Shown piece by piece: positions 9,628 to 19,874 of a stretch of 64,000 nucleotides of DNA. Positions within the stretch are counted from its first letter, which is position 1. Every line of letters starts with the position of its first letter. The DNA is from Candidatus Nanoarchaeia archaeon (lineage in GTDB: Archaea; Nanobdellota; Nanobdellia; JAQUSD01). The stretch spans positions 8,404-72,403 of the forward strand of contig JAQUSD010000001.1 in assembly GCA_028715295.1 (NCBI GenBank), read 5' to 3'. Below the pieces are notes generated by a model. The model ran no database searches and had not been told where the DNA came from. It saw only the letters and a list, made by a program, of their open reading frames with translations. Both the position numbers and the translations under genes were made by a program.

Positions 9628-9975
9628 CTATTCTGTCCAGTTGTATTTTCTCATTTTGTCAACATCTTTCCTTATCTGTTCCATGTTTTCCCTGCCCAAG
9701 GTTTTAAGCAGGCTGATGTCTTTCAGTGTTTTGTATGTAAAATAAATTCCTGCTGCAGTTCCAAATAATGCTGAAAATGCCATAATATAACTTGTTTTAT
9801 CATCTAAATTTGACAGTAATCCTCCAAATCCGAATGCACCCATAATATCAAATAAAATTGAAACCTTTGCTTCTGCCTTTAACTCTTTTTCAAGATAAGA
9901 GCTTTCGTCTTTAATTCTTCTGAGATTATCCTCTATGCTGTCCAGAACTGCTTTTTTGTTCAGAGTATTCTCCAT
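9628..9975 (-). CDS. small membrane protein (2 TM helices), function unknown
   Basis: 115 aa. Charged coiled N-terminus, two hydrophobic helices (SILFDIMGAFGFGGLL, IMAFSALFGTAAGIYF). Confidence 0.4.
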   Translation of the reverse strand: MENTLNKKAVLDSIEDNLRRIKDESSYLEKELKAEAKVSILFDIMGAFGFGGLLSNLDDKTSYIMAFSALFGTAAGIYFTYKTLKDISLLKTLGRENMEQIRKDVDKMRKYNWTE

Positions 9976-10028
9976 AAAACCATTAAAAGAAGAATCTTCT
10001 ATATATTATCACTCAAAAAGTTTTGACT

Positions 10029-11927
10029 TTAAACCTGACTTTCACTGTTTAGAAATTCAATAATATGCTTCTCAGGTTCTTTTGTTGTTTTCATCTGCCA
10101 CTCAGGAGGAATGCATTTGAGATAGTTCTGCCAGGAGTATCTCTCATCCATTAATGAAATTACCCCCCTGTCTGTTTTGCTTCTTATTGCTCTTCCTGAT
10201 GCCTGAAGAACCCTGTTCATAGCAGGATAAATATAGCCATAATCCCATCCTCTTCCAAACTTATGTTCATAATAATCTATTAATGCCTTTGTTTCAATAG
10301 TCGGCACACCTAATGGAAGTCCTACAATTATTATTGATTCAAGCAATTTCCCAGGAAAATCTATGCCTTCAGAGAAATTAGCTCCCATCACACCAAAAAG
10401 AATAGGGTTGTGCTTTGATAATGCACTGAATTCCTCAAAAAGAGATGCTTTTTCTTCTTTTGTTAAATTCTGTTTTTCCTTAACTATAGGACGTTCAACA
10501 GCACTCTGTACAAGAGGATAAACAGTCTGCATAATATTATAACTTGGGAAAAAAATTGCTGTATTGACTTTAGATGCATTAATCATTCTAATACAGTTGT
10601 CAGCTATTTTTTTAAACTGAACATCATTTCTTTTGGAGTATTTAGTTGTTGTTTCAGGAACTATTAAAACAAGACGGTTACTTCTGGAAAAAGGAGAACT
10701 CAAAACAGCTTCAGAAGTATTGTCAGGAAAGCCAAGTAGCTTCTTATACATATTTGTCGGTGTTAAAGTTCCTGACATAAGAATAACAGAGTGGGCTTCT
10801 TCAATAACTTTTTTTGCTTCGGTTGAAGGATCAAGACACCTTATTTCAATTTCTGCATTTTCACCTCCTATTTTTGAAGGTTTTTTCCTTATTAACCTTA
10901 TATACCCTTCTTCATCCTTTTCATTCCAGTGTGTAAGAAAATTAGCCAAGCCACCAATCCATGAACGCTTTTCTTTTTTTCTAACTTCAGAAGCTATTTC
11001 CTCAAAATCATCAATAAGTTCAACAACTTCTCTCCCAGTTTTTTTCTTAATATCTTCAATAAATTCCTCTCTTTTTACAAAATCGTCATTTTTGTTTTTT
11101 AATTTAGCATACTTAAGCCTTTCAAGACTTTCATTAATCCAGCCAATATCTTCTGCAATATCTTCATAACTATGTGTTCTTGCTTCTTTAATACAGCTTC
11201 TTAGAGCATAAGTTGTAGTTTTTGAGGTGTGGAGTTCCCTTATCCTGTCAGGCAGATTATGTGCTTCATCAACTATAACTATGAATTTTGACAGTTCTTT
11301 GTTCATTTTTGCAAGAAGAGATGAACGAACTCCTTTGTTGAAAATGTGAAAATAATCTCCTATTATTACTTTGGCTTCTTTTGCAAGATTCATTGACATT
11401 TCATAAGCACACATATCACACCCAGCACATATCTTCTTAACATCTTCAACATGCAATGGAGAATTTCTTTTTAAATCCCCGAGAATTCTCTTTGCTTTGT
11501 CAGTTATTTTACCTTCTTTTCTTATATTGTTGTAATAACTGCATCTTTCGTCCTTTTTTAAGTCATTACAGTATGCTGCAAAATCACCTGAACTTAATCC
11601 TTCAATGCCTTCTATGGGACATATCCACTGCTTTCCTATTAAATCAACACCAGTAAAATCAAGGTTATGTTTAAGTTTTATTCTTTTAAGAGTTTCAACA
11701 GCTATTTTATGCTGAGTGTGTTTTGGAGTTAAAAAAAGAACTGAAACATCATTTTTAAGGGCATAAGTTAATGCAGGCGAAATCGCTCCCGCTGTTTTTC
11801 CTATGCCTGTGGGGGCATGTATAATTGCATGGCTTGAACCTGAAACAGCACTGTAAATCTTTTCAACCATATCACTTTGCTGGTTTCTTACAGATTCAAA
11901 CGGGAAGAATATCTTTTCCATGAGCAT
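10029..11927 (-). CDS. xpd: XPD/Rad3-family (DinG-like) Fe-S DNA helicase
   Basis: Walker A (HAPTGIGKT), DEAH box (IVIVDEAHNL), a Cys cluster in the Fe-S domain (ICP...CNDL...CSYY...CAGCDMC) and helicase motif VI (QASGRAIRS). Confidence 0.85.
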   Translation of the reverse strand: MLMEKIFFPFESVRNQQSDMVEKIYSAVSGSSHAIIHAPTGIGKTAGAISPALTYALKNDVSVLFLTPKHTQHKIAVETLKRIKLKHNLDFTGVDLIGKQWICPIEGIEGLSSGDFAAYCNDLKKDERCSYYNNIRKEGKITDKAKRILGDLKRNSPLHVEDVKKICAGCDMCAYEMSMNLAKEAKVIIGDYFHIFNKGVRSSLLAKMNKELSKFIVIVDEAHNLPDRIRELHTSKTTTYALRSCIKEARTHSYEDIAEDIGWINESLERLKYAKLKNKNDDFVKREEFIEDIKKKTGREVVELIDDFEEIASEVRKKEKRSWIGGLANFLTHWNEKDEEGYIRLIRKKPSKIGGENAEIEIRCLDPSTEAKKVIEEAHSVILMSGTLTPTNMYKKLLGFPDNTSEAVLSSPFSRSNRLVLIVPETTTKYSKRNDVQFKKIADNCIRMINASKVNTAIFFPSYNIMQTVYPLVQSAVERPIVKEKQNLTKEEKASLFEEFSALSKHNPILFGVMGANFSEGIDFPGKLLESIIIVGLPLGVPTIETKALIDYYEHKFGRGWDYGYIYPAMNRVLQASGRAIRSKTDRGVISLMDERYSWQNYLKCIPPEWQMKTTKEPEKHIIEFLNSESQV

Positions 11928-12006
11928 TATTAGACACTCGTTATATTTTTATGCGTTATTGTAATTTTTCATTAGTTTTATAAACATACAATATGCCTTT
12001 AAAATT

Positions 12007-13722
12007 ATGAATGCACTTGCTCAGCCTGATTTTTCATCAGGAACCAATGACAGAAAAGCTGAAATGACAGAGGAACTGCTTAGTCTTTCACTTTCAGTTA
12101 TTGAATCTTTTTCAAAAAACAACATAATAAACAAAAATATGTCCGGCTTCAGGAACACTTCCATACTTCTTGATTATTTAAATTCGCTTTCAGCAAAGGA
12201 TAGGGTGTTATGGAATGTGTACACAATAGCAACATCACTTAATGCTTTTGCTTCAATTAAGAAAGGGGAAACCTTAGGTGATTCTGACTTGGCTTTTGAA
12301 AACCTTGTTTTTGTACTTAACAATGCAGGCGTTCTTGAATCAGAAGAGTGGGTTAACAGCGTTATGTTTTACAATGGTGAAAAAATTGGGATTGAAAAAC
12401 TGAAAACAGGAAAAAATCTATCTGACGCGCTTGTTTCGCTTCTTGAAGATGATTTAAGCACCGAGTTAATAGAAAATTCAGAGTACGACGAAAATGAAAA
12501 TAAGTTTCTTCTTAGCACGGCTTTTTTTGATAAAAAAACAAAAGACGACTACAGAAGCAAAGCAGTTGAACTTCTCAAAAGAGGTATTGATAATTTTACA
12601 GCGGATTCTATTTCAAAAACCCTTAATACAACAGCATCCAAAAGCTACTCAATAATTAAATTTCTCAAAGGGCTTGATGCTGTTGAAGAATCAGGGAAAT
12701 ATAATGGTTCAACAGTTTATTCTCTTAAAAAAATAAGCGGTTTAGAATCAAAGTTATTTTTTGGGAAGCAGGGATTTGAACCTGCTGAGGATATTGATTT
12801 TGAGCTTGATCCACTATGCACCTACAGAAAAAACGCATACGAAATCGCTGACAAAGTTGAAGTAGGCGAAACAATAGCACCAAAAGACTTTGGCTCAGAC
12901 TACACTGCTTTTTCATTTCTTACAAAAATAGGTGTTCTTGAAAAAACAGGGAGGGGAAAATATAGTGTAATATCCAATCTTAAGACAGATGATGACTTAA
13001 AATATAAAATAAAATACTGTTCAAAAGAAAATGAAGAAATTTCAAAAATACAGGATTATGAAGCTGTAAACTTAATTCTTAAATATGCTGATTATACAAA
13101 AGAGGATGAGATAAATGACTCATTGGTTGAAAAGTTAGGACTTTCTCTTTCAAAAAATAAAATAAAAAAGGCGCTTGTGCTTATTGAAAAATACGGAGAT
13201 TCTTATCTTAAACCAAATTATAATGATTTTAAGAAAACAAAAGAAAATGAAATTAATGATGTTTTCATGTATGAACTTGAAAGCTGTTCTAAAAAGGGAG
13301 GCGTTCCAAAGCAGGAATTTTACAGGAAGCTTGCTTATTATGTAAAAGAAAAAATTGACGAACGATTAAACAACCTTGAAGAAAAAGGGTATATTAAAAA
13401 AATAGGTAAAAAAGAAAACCTTGTTTCAGCTAAAAAACATAAATATGATTTCCCCCAGGAAAGGCTGAATAAAAACAGCGTTCTTGTAAAAAAACTTCTT
13501 GATGAAACAAGACAGACTTATTTTTTTAATGCCGAAATTTCAGAAACTTCAAAAAAAGAACTTAAAAGTTATGCTGAAAAGACAGGATGTTCTAAGGAAA
13601 TAATTGATGAGTTTAGCAGTGATTACTTTGAGAAAAACTATCCTAATTCAGATTATCTTTATAAAGCCCTTAAAAAACTAAAGCATGACATGAGCGAGCT
13701 TTATACAATGATGTCTATTTAA
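12007..13722 (+). CDS. hypothetical 571-aa protein with several winged-helix-like repeats
   Basis: No catalytic motif. It has recurrent ~70-aa modules ending in wH-like segments (VYSLKKISGLESK, TAFSFLTKIGVLEKTGRGKYSV, KLAYYVKEKIDERLNNLEEKGYIKKIG). Its stop codon overlaps the convergent NTPase stop at TTTAAA. Confidence 0.4.
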   Translation: MNALAQPDFSSGTNDRKAEMTEELLSLSLSVIESFSKNNIINKNMSGFRNTSILLDYLNSLSAKDRVLWNVYTIATSLNAFASIKKGETLGDSDLAFENLVFVLNNAGVLESEEWVNSVMFYNGEKIGIEKLKTGKNLSDALVSLLEDDLSTELIENSEYDENENKFLLSTAFFDKKTKDDYRSKAVELLKRGIDNFTADSISKTLNTTASKSYSIIKFLKGLDAVEESGKYNGSTVYSLKKISGLESKLFFGKQGFEPAEDIDFELDPLCTYRKNAYEIADKVEVGETIAPKDFGSDYTAFSFLTKIGVLEKTGRGKYSVISNLKTDDDLKYKIKYCSKENEEISKIQDYEAVNLILKYADYTKEDEINDSLVEKLGLSLSKNKIKKALVLIEKYGDSYLKPNYNDFKKTKENEINDVFMYELESCSKKGGVPKQEFYRKLAYYVKEKIDERLNNLEEKGYIKKIGKKENLVSAKKHKYDFPQERLNKNSVLVKKLLDETRQTYFFNAEISETSKKELKSYAEKTGCSKEIIDEFSSDYFEKNYPNSDYLYKALKKLKHDMSELYTMMSI

Positions 13723-16469
13723 ACCACATCGGGGTTTATCATTTCAGTTATTATCTGCCTTACAGCATCAGTATAATCAAGCCTTTCATTATTTTCATCT
13801 TTCTTTTCAATTGCAACTATACTTGATTTCCTGTAAAGTTTATTTCCTATTACATCCCTCATGTCGGCACCTATTTCTGCAAAGTTGTAAATAACTTTGA
13901 AAAAAGAGTATGCCTTAATAGCCTCATCAAATGAATTAAGTGTTGAAATTCCTGATTTCCAGAAAGGATTATTTGGTTTTGACTTAAACGCAACATGGGT
14001 TTTCAAATAAGTAAACCCATTTTTTCCGTAATCTGCTTTTGAAGCAAGATCCATAATGTCTTTAAGATTCTCACATATTGGAAGTGTTTTTGTTTCTTCA
14101 TCTTCTGTTTTTTCCTCGATTGAATTTAAAAAATAATTGCTTTCAGATTTGTAGTTTATAATCGGTGAAACAATTGACTCCAATTTTAAAGAATTTCCTT
14201 CTCCAAGATTTCCCAATGTCATAAATTCCATCTTATTCTTCAGTATGTTAATATATTTGTTTATTATATTGTGGTTTCCTGAATCTTCTGCAAGGTGCTT
14301 GAATCTTTCATATATCCTGTCTTTCTTGTTTATTACAATTTTTTCAAGCCGGTCATAAACCTTTTTTTTATCTTTTGATTTTGATTTTTTAGCTATCTCC
14401 TTAACAAGAAACCAAAAACTGTCTCCTGACTCAGCAGTTTTATCATCAGACTGTTCAAAAATTCTGTTAAAAAATGTATTAAGAACATCTATGCATACTC
14501 TTGAATTAAGGTAAGAATCAGCAATTCCTTCTTTAGATTCTATTAATTTTTTAACAATTTCCTGAGACATTCCTTTTTCAAGAAGTTTAGGAGCAAGCTT
14601 TTCCTTTATATTTTTTTTGAATTCATCGCTTATTGTATCTGCCACTCCTTTGTTTACTTCGTAAATCGCCTCTATGTCAACATCTTCTGAATCCTTACCA
14701 AGCACAGCCATTTGTTCATAAACATAACCCACGCTGTTTTTGAAAGCATTGTTCATAAATCCTGAAAGCTCAAAATCAAGACTTTTTTTAATTTCATCTG
14801 CAATTATAAAATAATTGGTTCTTGAATTTTTTAAGTTATCAAGAATTTTTTCAATTTGTGAATCAATATTGCATACTTCATTATAAGAAGCTTTATTTTT
14901 ATAAGAAGTCTTTATAAAAACACCAGGCATCCCAAGACTGTTTCCATCAACAAACCAGTCAATATTAAGATTTTCAAGCTTCTTGCCTATTGCTTTTGAA
15001 AGAAGTTTTGAGGAGTATTCCTTTCTTTCTTTTTGTGTCATTTTCTTATATATTGGCTTGTCAAGTATAATGTCTGCAAGTTCTTTTTCATCTTCTTCTT
15101 CAGCTATTTTTGGGAAATCCTCTTCTCTCACTGTTCCACCTATTTCAGTGAACCATACCTTCCTGTTGTCAGGAGTTGTAAATCCATTTGGTGTTATTGC
15201 AGTTGCTTTTCTTTCCTTAAGGTCAACATACTCCTCCCCGAAGAGATTAAGGGCTTTTTTTGCATAAATATCTCTAAGATACTCTTTCTTAACTTTTTCA
15301 GAAACCGGAATATCAAGCACAAAATCAACACCTTTTTCAGGGGATATTACATCAGGCATAAGTTTTTTGCAAAGCTTCAAGTAAGGGGCAATTAACTTTA
15401 TGTGTTCACCAAGAGCTTCTGTTACATTGATAATATCACTTTCAGCCACTTCATTCAGAGAATCACTTAGTTCATACTTCCTGCCACCCATCCATGGAAG
15501 AATAACATAGAATTTTCCTTCTGAAAGGTTCTTCTTTGAAGTTATATACTTGACCATAAAACCTGGAAGAGTTTCAACAGCAAGCCTTGCAAGAGCTTCT
15601 GAGTAATAATCAAATTCTTTTTTGCTTAAGACAATTCTGCTTGCAAATAAATAATCAGAGATTTTCTGTATATCCTGATGGAAGAAATCGCTCTTTGCAA
15701 GTGTAGAGATTACGTCTGAAACTTCTCTTCTGTAATTTTTATCATTCATATTTGCAATCTGGCCACAGAGCTTCCATGTTGGAAGAAACTCAGAATCATC
15801 AGGAGAAAGACTTTGGACAATTTTATTTATTCTCTCTTTCCTTTCCATTAAATAAAGACTTAATTTATCCATGTTAACCATACCTTCAAGTTTTGAACCT
15901 ATCTTAGAGATTTTTTCTTCAGTGATATTATTGTACTTCCCCTCCTTGTTTTCAAGTATTTCGTTCAGTTTTCTAATTTCATCAAGACTTCCTTTTTTAA
16001 AAACATCAATAAGATTCCTGCTTATTTCAGTGCTTACAGCGTTTTTAAGAAAAGGTTCAGAGGTAGTTCTGTTGGTCATATACACGTTTAAAAAATCGTC
16101 TGTAAATTCATTGCCTTTGAACGTCATTAAAGCATCTTTAAGTAGTTTTTTTAAATTGGTTATTTGTGGATTCTGAAATCCTTCATTAAGTAATTTTTCA
16201 ATGAACTTTAATGATTCTTTATCTGATGTTTCAGACATTCTCCAGAACTGCTTTGCAAAATCATCTGCGGACATATCATTAATTTTATCCAAAAGTTCTT
16301 TTTTACCACTCCCGAATTTAACGTAATAGTCAATAAGGCTGTTCTCATCGCTTACTATCTTTGAGATATTTTTAATCCCAAACGTGTTGATAAAATCAAA
16401 AACACTTAAAAAAGTAGACTTACCTGAAGAAGGCTGTCCTCCAATAATATGATTACTTTCCCTTACCAT
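13719..16469 (-). CDS. large (916 aa) P-loop NTPase of unknown family
   Basis: N-terminal Walker A (IIGGQPSSGKSTFL) resembles the dynamin/septin-type G1 motif. I found no downstream DxxG or N/TKxD G-motifs. The rest is lysine-rich with no recognisable domain. It lies 33 nt downstream of the SPFH gene on the same strand. Confidence 0.45.
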   Translation of the reverse strand: MVRESNHIIGGQPSSGKSTFLSVFDFINTFGIKNISKIVSDENSLIDYYVKFGSGKKELLDKINDMSADDFAKQFWRMSETSDKESLKFIEKLLNEGFQNPQITNLKKLLKDALMTFKGNEFTDDFLNVYMTNRTTSEPFLKNAVSTEISRNLIDVFKKGSLDEIRKLNEILENKEGKYNNITEEKISKIGSKLEGMVNMDKLSLYLMERKERINKIVQSLSPDDSEFLPTWKLCGQIANMNDKNYRREVSDVISTLAKSDFFHQDIQKISDYLFASRIVLSKKEFDYYSEALARLAVETLPGFMVKYITSKKNLSEGKFYVILPWMGGRKYELSDSLNEVAESDIINVTEALGEHIKLIAPYLKLCKKLMPDVISPEKGVDFVLDIPVSEKVKKEYLRDIYAKKALNLFGEEYVDLKERKATAITPNGFTTPDNRKVWFTEIGGTVREEDFPKIAEEEDEKELADIILDKPIYKKMTQKERKEYSSKLLSKAIGKKLENLNIDWFVDGNSLGMPGVFIKTSYKNKASYNEVCNIDSQIEKILDNLKNSRTNYFIIADEIKKSLDFELSGFMNNAFKNSVGYVYEQMAVLGKDSEDVDIEAIYEVNKGVADTISDEFKKNIKEKLAPKLLEKGMSQEIVKKLIESKEGIADSYLNSRVCIDVLNTFFNRIFEQSDDKTAESGDSFWFLVKEIAKKSKSKDKKKVYDRLEKIVINKKDRIYERFKHLAEDSGNHNIINKYINILKNKMEFMTLGNLGEGNSLKLESIVSPIINYKSESNYFLNSIEEKTEDEETKTLPICENLKDIMDLASKADYGKNGFTYLKTHVAFKSKPNNPFWKSGISTLNSFDEAIKAYSFFKVIYNFAEIGADMRDVIGNKLYRKSSIVAIEKKDENNERLDYTDAVRQIITEMINPDVV

Positions 16470-16502
16470 GTGCTATAATACTTAAATAAGAAATTTTAAA
16501 AA

Positions 16503-17420
16503 TCATTTGCCTGTGGCAATATTGTTTTTAAAAGCCTCTACCACTTCGCTTAAATCAATATTCTTCCCAAGTGATGAAGATACGCTCTTTGTAATATCTG
16601 ATATGCTTTCAAAGAACTTAGCAGGGAATATAATCTTTGTGGATTTTCCCCTGCCTAGCTCCTCAAGAGCTTTTATGTATATAAACATTAATGCCCTGTC
16701 ATCAAGGGATTTTCCTGCTTCCCCATAAGCTTCTATTGCTATTCTCTTTGCCTCTGCTTTGAAAACCTGTGCCTGCATCATTTCTTTTTCTATAGTTTTC
16801 TTCTCAAGAGCCTCTGAAATCTCATCCGGAGGATATATTCCCTCTATTTGGACCATTGGGACATAAACCCCCCATTTCCATGCATGATGCCTTATTTTAT
16901 CAGCAAGGATATCATTAAGTTCATCAAGTTTCGAGAATAAGTCCCTCATTTTAAGAGAACCAATAACATTTCTTGTTTCGCTTACAATAAGGTTTTTGAT
17001 GCCTCTGGAATAATCTTTTATCTTAAGAACTGCTTTTCTTGGGTTGTCAATTCTGTAATATATGAACCCGTTAAGTTTTATTCTTAAATCATCTTTTGTA
17101 AATGCGCTTGGAACAAATAAGTCCATCATATTTGTTCTTACATCAACCCGGGTATACTCTTTTTCAAAAAAAGGGATTACAACTGTCCAGCCAGGCCCTG
17201 TAATTCTATTAAACTTCCCAAGCCTGAAAATAATGCCTCTTTCATATTCATCATATTTTTTAACGAAAAACCTAAAAAAACCAGCAATACCTATAAAAAT
17301 AAGCACTGCAACAACAATCCACTTGAAGATATCTGAAACATAGAAAAGGTATATGAAAATCAATATTCCTGCTATCCCGACTGCTGTTTCAACAAAAGCC
17401 ATTGTATAATTATACTGCAT
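16503..17420 (-). CDS. SPFH/band-7 (stomatin/prohibitin-like) membrane protein
   Basis: N-terminal TM helices followed by the SPFH core (ERGIIFRLGKFNRITGPGWTVVIPFFEKEYTRVDVRT...TKDDLRIKLNGFIYYRI...EAKRIAIEA). Confidence 0.8.
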   Translation of the reverse strand: MQYNYTMAFVETAVGIAGILIFIYLFYVSDIFKWIVVAVLIFIGIAGFFRFFVKKYDEYERGIIFRLGKFNRITGPGWTVVIPFFEKEYTRVDVRTNMMDLFVPSAFTKDDLRIKLNGFIYYRIDNPRKAVLKIKDYSRGIKNLIVSETRNVIGSLKMRDLFSKLDELNDILADKIRHHAWKWGVYVPMVQIEGIYPPDEISEALEKKTIEKEMMQAQVFKAEAKRIAIEAYGEAGKSLDDRALMFIYIKALEELGRGKSTKIIFPAKFFESISDITKSVSSSLGKNIDLSEVVEAFKNNIATGK

Positions 17421-17492
17421 TTGTATTTTATAACTTTTCCATTATCCTGGTTTTCGAAATCTTTAAAAAGTAATTCATCATTTCTAAAGATA

Positions 17493-17684
17493 ATGGGACG
17501 AATAAGAACATCATTTATTAAAAAAGTAGGAAAGCAGATATACACAAAAAATAAGCCTGAAATAACTAAAAACTTTGAACAAAATAAAGTTACTGTTTCC
17601 AAAATAGCAGACATACCTTCAAAACAGCTTAGAAACAGACTTGCTGGATATGTCACTATGCTTGCTAAAAAGGAAAAGAGGTAA
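17493..17684 (+). CDS. rps17e: ribosomal protein S17e
   Basis: MGRIRTSFIKKVGKQIY... matches the eS17 N-terminal signature (MGRVRTKTVKK). The start is set at the internal Met of ORF 17421-17684. Confidence 0.75.
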   Translation: MGRIRTSFIKKVGKQIYTKNKPEITKNFEQNKVTVSKIADIPSKQLRNRLAGYVTMLAKKEKR

Positions 17685-17694
17685 ATTTCCCGCA

Positions 17695-17967
17695 ATGGAA
17701 AATATTAAAGATAACAGTGTTTTCATCAGTGGAAAGCCTTTTATGAAATATGTAACGGCAGGAGTTCTTAAATTGAATAAGGGAGATATTATAATCAAAG
17801 CCAGAGGAAAATGGATTACAAGGGCTGTTGATGTTGCTGAAGTAATAAGAAACAGTTTTGTAAAAGAAGCAAAGATATCTGGGATAAAAATAGGCTCACA
17901 GGAAGTTTCAGATGAAAAAAGAAAAACAAGAATCTCAACAATTGAACTTACTATGGCAAAAGAGTGA
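17695..17967 (+). CDS. alba: Alba (Sso10b-like) DNA/RNA-binding chromatin protein
   Basis: NSVFISGKPFMKYVTAGVLKLNKGDIIIKARGKWITRAVDVAEVIRNSF...RISTIEL matches the Alba fold signature. The start is set at the internal Met of ORF 17641-17967. Confidence 0.8.
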   Translation: MENIKDNSVFISGKPFMKYVTAGVLKLNKGDIIIKARGKWITRAVDVAEVIRNSFVKEAKISGIKIGSQEVSDEKRKTRISTIELTMAKE

Positions 17968-17998
17968 TTTAAATAGTTCTTTTTTATAATAAATAAAT

Positions 17999-18736
17999 AT
18001 GCTTACTGACTGCCATGCACATCTTGATTCAAAAGAATTTGACAAAGACATAGATGAAGTAATCAAAAGAAGCAATTGTGTAATCATAAACAATGGACTT
18101 AATGCAGAAAGCAACAGAAAAACTCTGCAACTTGCTGAAAAATATGAAAATGTTCTTCCTAGCCTTGGGTTTTATCCATGGGATGCTGTCAGGGATGGAA
18201 TTAAAAAAACTGGAAAGGAAATTGAATTTATCTCAAGACAGAAGATTACTGCTATTGGAGAAATTGGTTTGGACTTTAACATAGAATGTACTAAACAAGA
18301 CATAGAACTCCAGAATTTAGTTTTTAAAAAATTCCTTAAACTTGCTGAAAATATGAATGTTCCTGCAATAATACACACAAGAAAAGCTGAGAAAGAGGTT
18401 CTTGAGGTTCTAAAGAATCACAAAGTTAAGGCAGTTCTGCACATGTATTCGGGAAGCCTTGGTCTCGTAAATGATTTCTTAAAACAAGGATGTTATTTTT
18501 CAATACCTCCACTTGTATACAGGACGAAAAGTATACAGAAACTCGTTGAAATGATTCCTGTTAACAGACTTCTCACTGAAACAGACGCCCCTTATTTAAG
18601 TCATGAAAAAGGAATAAGAAACGAACCTGCATTTGTCAGATATGCTGTCAGCAAAATAGCTGAGCTGAAACATATCAGTTATAAAGAATGTGAAAAAGAA
18701 ATTTATTCCAATTTTAAAAAAGTGTTCGGGATTTAA
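17999..18736 (+). CDS. tatD: TatD-family metal-dependent deoxyribonuclease
   Basis: MLTDCHAHLD start, EIGLDF, HTR, HMYSG and ETDAPY motifs of the TatD/TIM-barrel hydrolase family. Confidence 0.85.
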   Translation: MLTDCHAHLDSKEFDKDIDEVIKRSNCVIINNGLNAESNRKTLQLAEKYENVLPSLGFYPWDAVRDGIKKTGKEIEFISRQKITAIGEIGLDFNIECTKQDIELQNLVFKKFLKLAENMNVPAIIHTRKAEKEVLEVLKNHKVKAVLHMYSGSLGLVNDFLKQGCYFSIPPLVYRTKSIQKLVEMIPVNRLLTETDAPYLSHEKGIRNEPAFVRYAVSKIAELKHISYKECEKEIYSNFKKVFGI

Positions 18737-19212
18737 AAGCGTTCTTTTCTTTCGAACTTTGCAATATTAACTGTTTCCAGTTCTTTTGGACATAAATACA
18801 ATATTTCCTTAATAAGAGCGTCATCGCTGTTTCTTAGGTAATAGTCTGCAATAACAGGATGCTCCCCTTTGCAGAGTTTACATTTCTTTTTTAATCCGGG
18901 GTTTTCAGAAAGAACTGCATCGTCCTCTCTTATTTCCTGCACAAACCAGTAAGGTCCGTTATAGGATTCAAAGAATTCACAGATGTATTCGACACTTTTT
19001 CCACTTAAAGTTCCAGGATAAACATGGAATTTCTTTCCCCTGTTTTTGTAATCTTCTATTTTTTCAAATCCTGCAAGAATTTTGTTGATTTCTTCGAGTT
19101 CTTCAAGTCCTGATTTCTGCGCGTTTAAAAGAATTTCAAGAGTTTTTATTGTCATCTGTTTAATAGCAGTTTTGCTTTTTAATCTGTTTTTATCAAAACC
19201 AAGTTCAGACAT
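18733..19212 (-). CDS. hypothetical protein with C-terminal CxxC...CP pattern
   Basis: 159 aa with CKLCKGEHP ... YLCP, possibly Zn-binding. No family assigned. Confidence 0.35.
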   Translation of the reverse strand: MSELGFDKNRLKSKTAIKQMTIKTLEILLNAQKSGLEELEEINKILAGFEKIEDYKNRGKKFHVYPGTLSGKSVEYICEFFESYNGPYWFVQEIREDDAVLSENPGLKKKCKLCKGEHPVIADYYLRNSDDALIKEILYLCPKELETVNIAKFERKERF

Positions 19213-19268
19213 AACTAATTATCTTAGATTAAGATTTATAAAGGATGTGTAATCAAAAACATTTTTAA

Positions 19269-19874
19269 TTGAATAGAACATACTATTACTTAATGAATGA
19301 AATTATAAGAAATGATATTCTTGACGTTCTAAAACAAGCTGTTGTTCTTGTAAAGAAAGGTGATTCTGAAAGTGTAAAGAGTTTAAGCAACAGGACAATA
19401 CACAATGCAAGCACATTTCAGGACAGCCATTCAATAACCTGGGCTGTGCTTATCTATTCCCTTGCAAAGATAATGGAATCAAATATAGGCAACAAAACGG
19501 CAAAATGGATTAAATTCAGGGATAAAATAATATCTCTTCTTGAAAAAATGACTTCGAGCCTTAAACATAAAGATTATACTTCTTATGAGTACGCACAAAA
19601 AACAGCGCTTGATGTTATATCAAAATATGACAAAAAATACTCATTATATGTAAGATGGATACTTGAAAAAGCAAAAATCAAGAAAGCAACTCGCATTTAT
19701 GAACATGGTATATCTCTTGGCAGGGTTGCTGAACTTCTTGGGGTCAGCAAATATGAAATCATGGATTATCTTGGAGCTACAAAAATACACGAAAAACAGT
19801 CAGGAGTAAAAGAACCTTCTTCAAGACTGAAAATAGCAAATAAACTGTTCAGGAGAGATGATAAAAATGAATAA
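19269..19874 (+). CDS. protein with C-terminal UPF0175-like HTH (antitoxin-like) domain and ~130-aa N-terminal extension
   Basis: C-terminal GISLGRVAELLGVSKYEIMDYLG resembles the UPF0175 antitoxin signature (ISLGKAAELAG.S..EF). It overlaps the next gene by 17 nt. Confidence 0.4.
   Translation: MNRTYYYLMNEIIRNDILDVLKQAVVLVKKGDSESVKSLSNRTIHNASTFQDSHSITWAVLIYSLAKIMESNIGNKTAKWIKFRDKIISLLEKMTSSLKHKDYTSYEYAQKTALDVISKYDKKYSLYVRWILEKAKIKKATRIYEHGISLGRVAELLGVSKYEIMDYLGATKIHEKQSGVKEPSSRLKIANKLFRRDDKNE

Noticed and set aside
10633-11169. 178-aa ORF antisense within the XPD helicase gene
   Set aside because: It is fully embedded in a gene whose motifs (Walker A, DEAH, Fe-S cysteines) are conserved. Its Ser/Phe-rich composition matches antisense AT-rich coding DNA.
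13719-16469. Calling the 916-aa protein a dynamin-like GTPase
   Set aside because: Only the G1-like P-loop (GGQPSSGKST) resembles dynamins. I could not find switch I Thr, DxxG (G3) or T/NKxD (G4) motifs at appropriate spacing. It is kept as a generic P-loop NTPase.
17372-17695. 107-aa minus-strand ORF overlapping the rps17e region
   Set aside because: It overlaps the S17e coding sequence and promoter on the opposite strand. The hydrophobic low-complexity translation gives no support.
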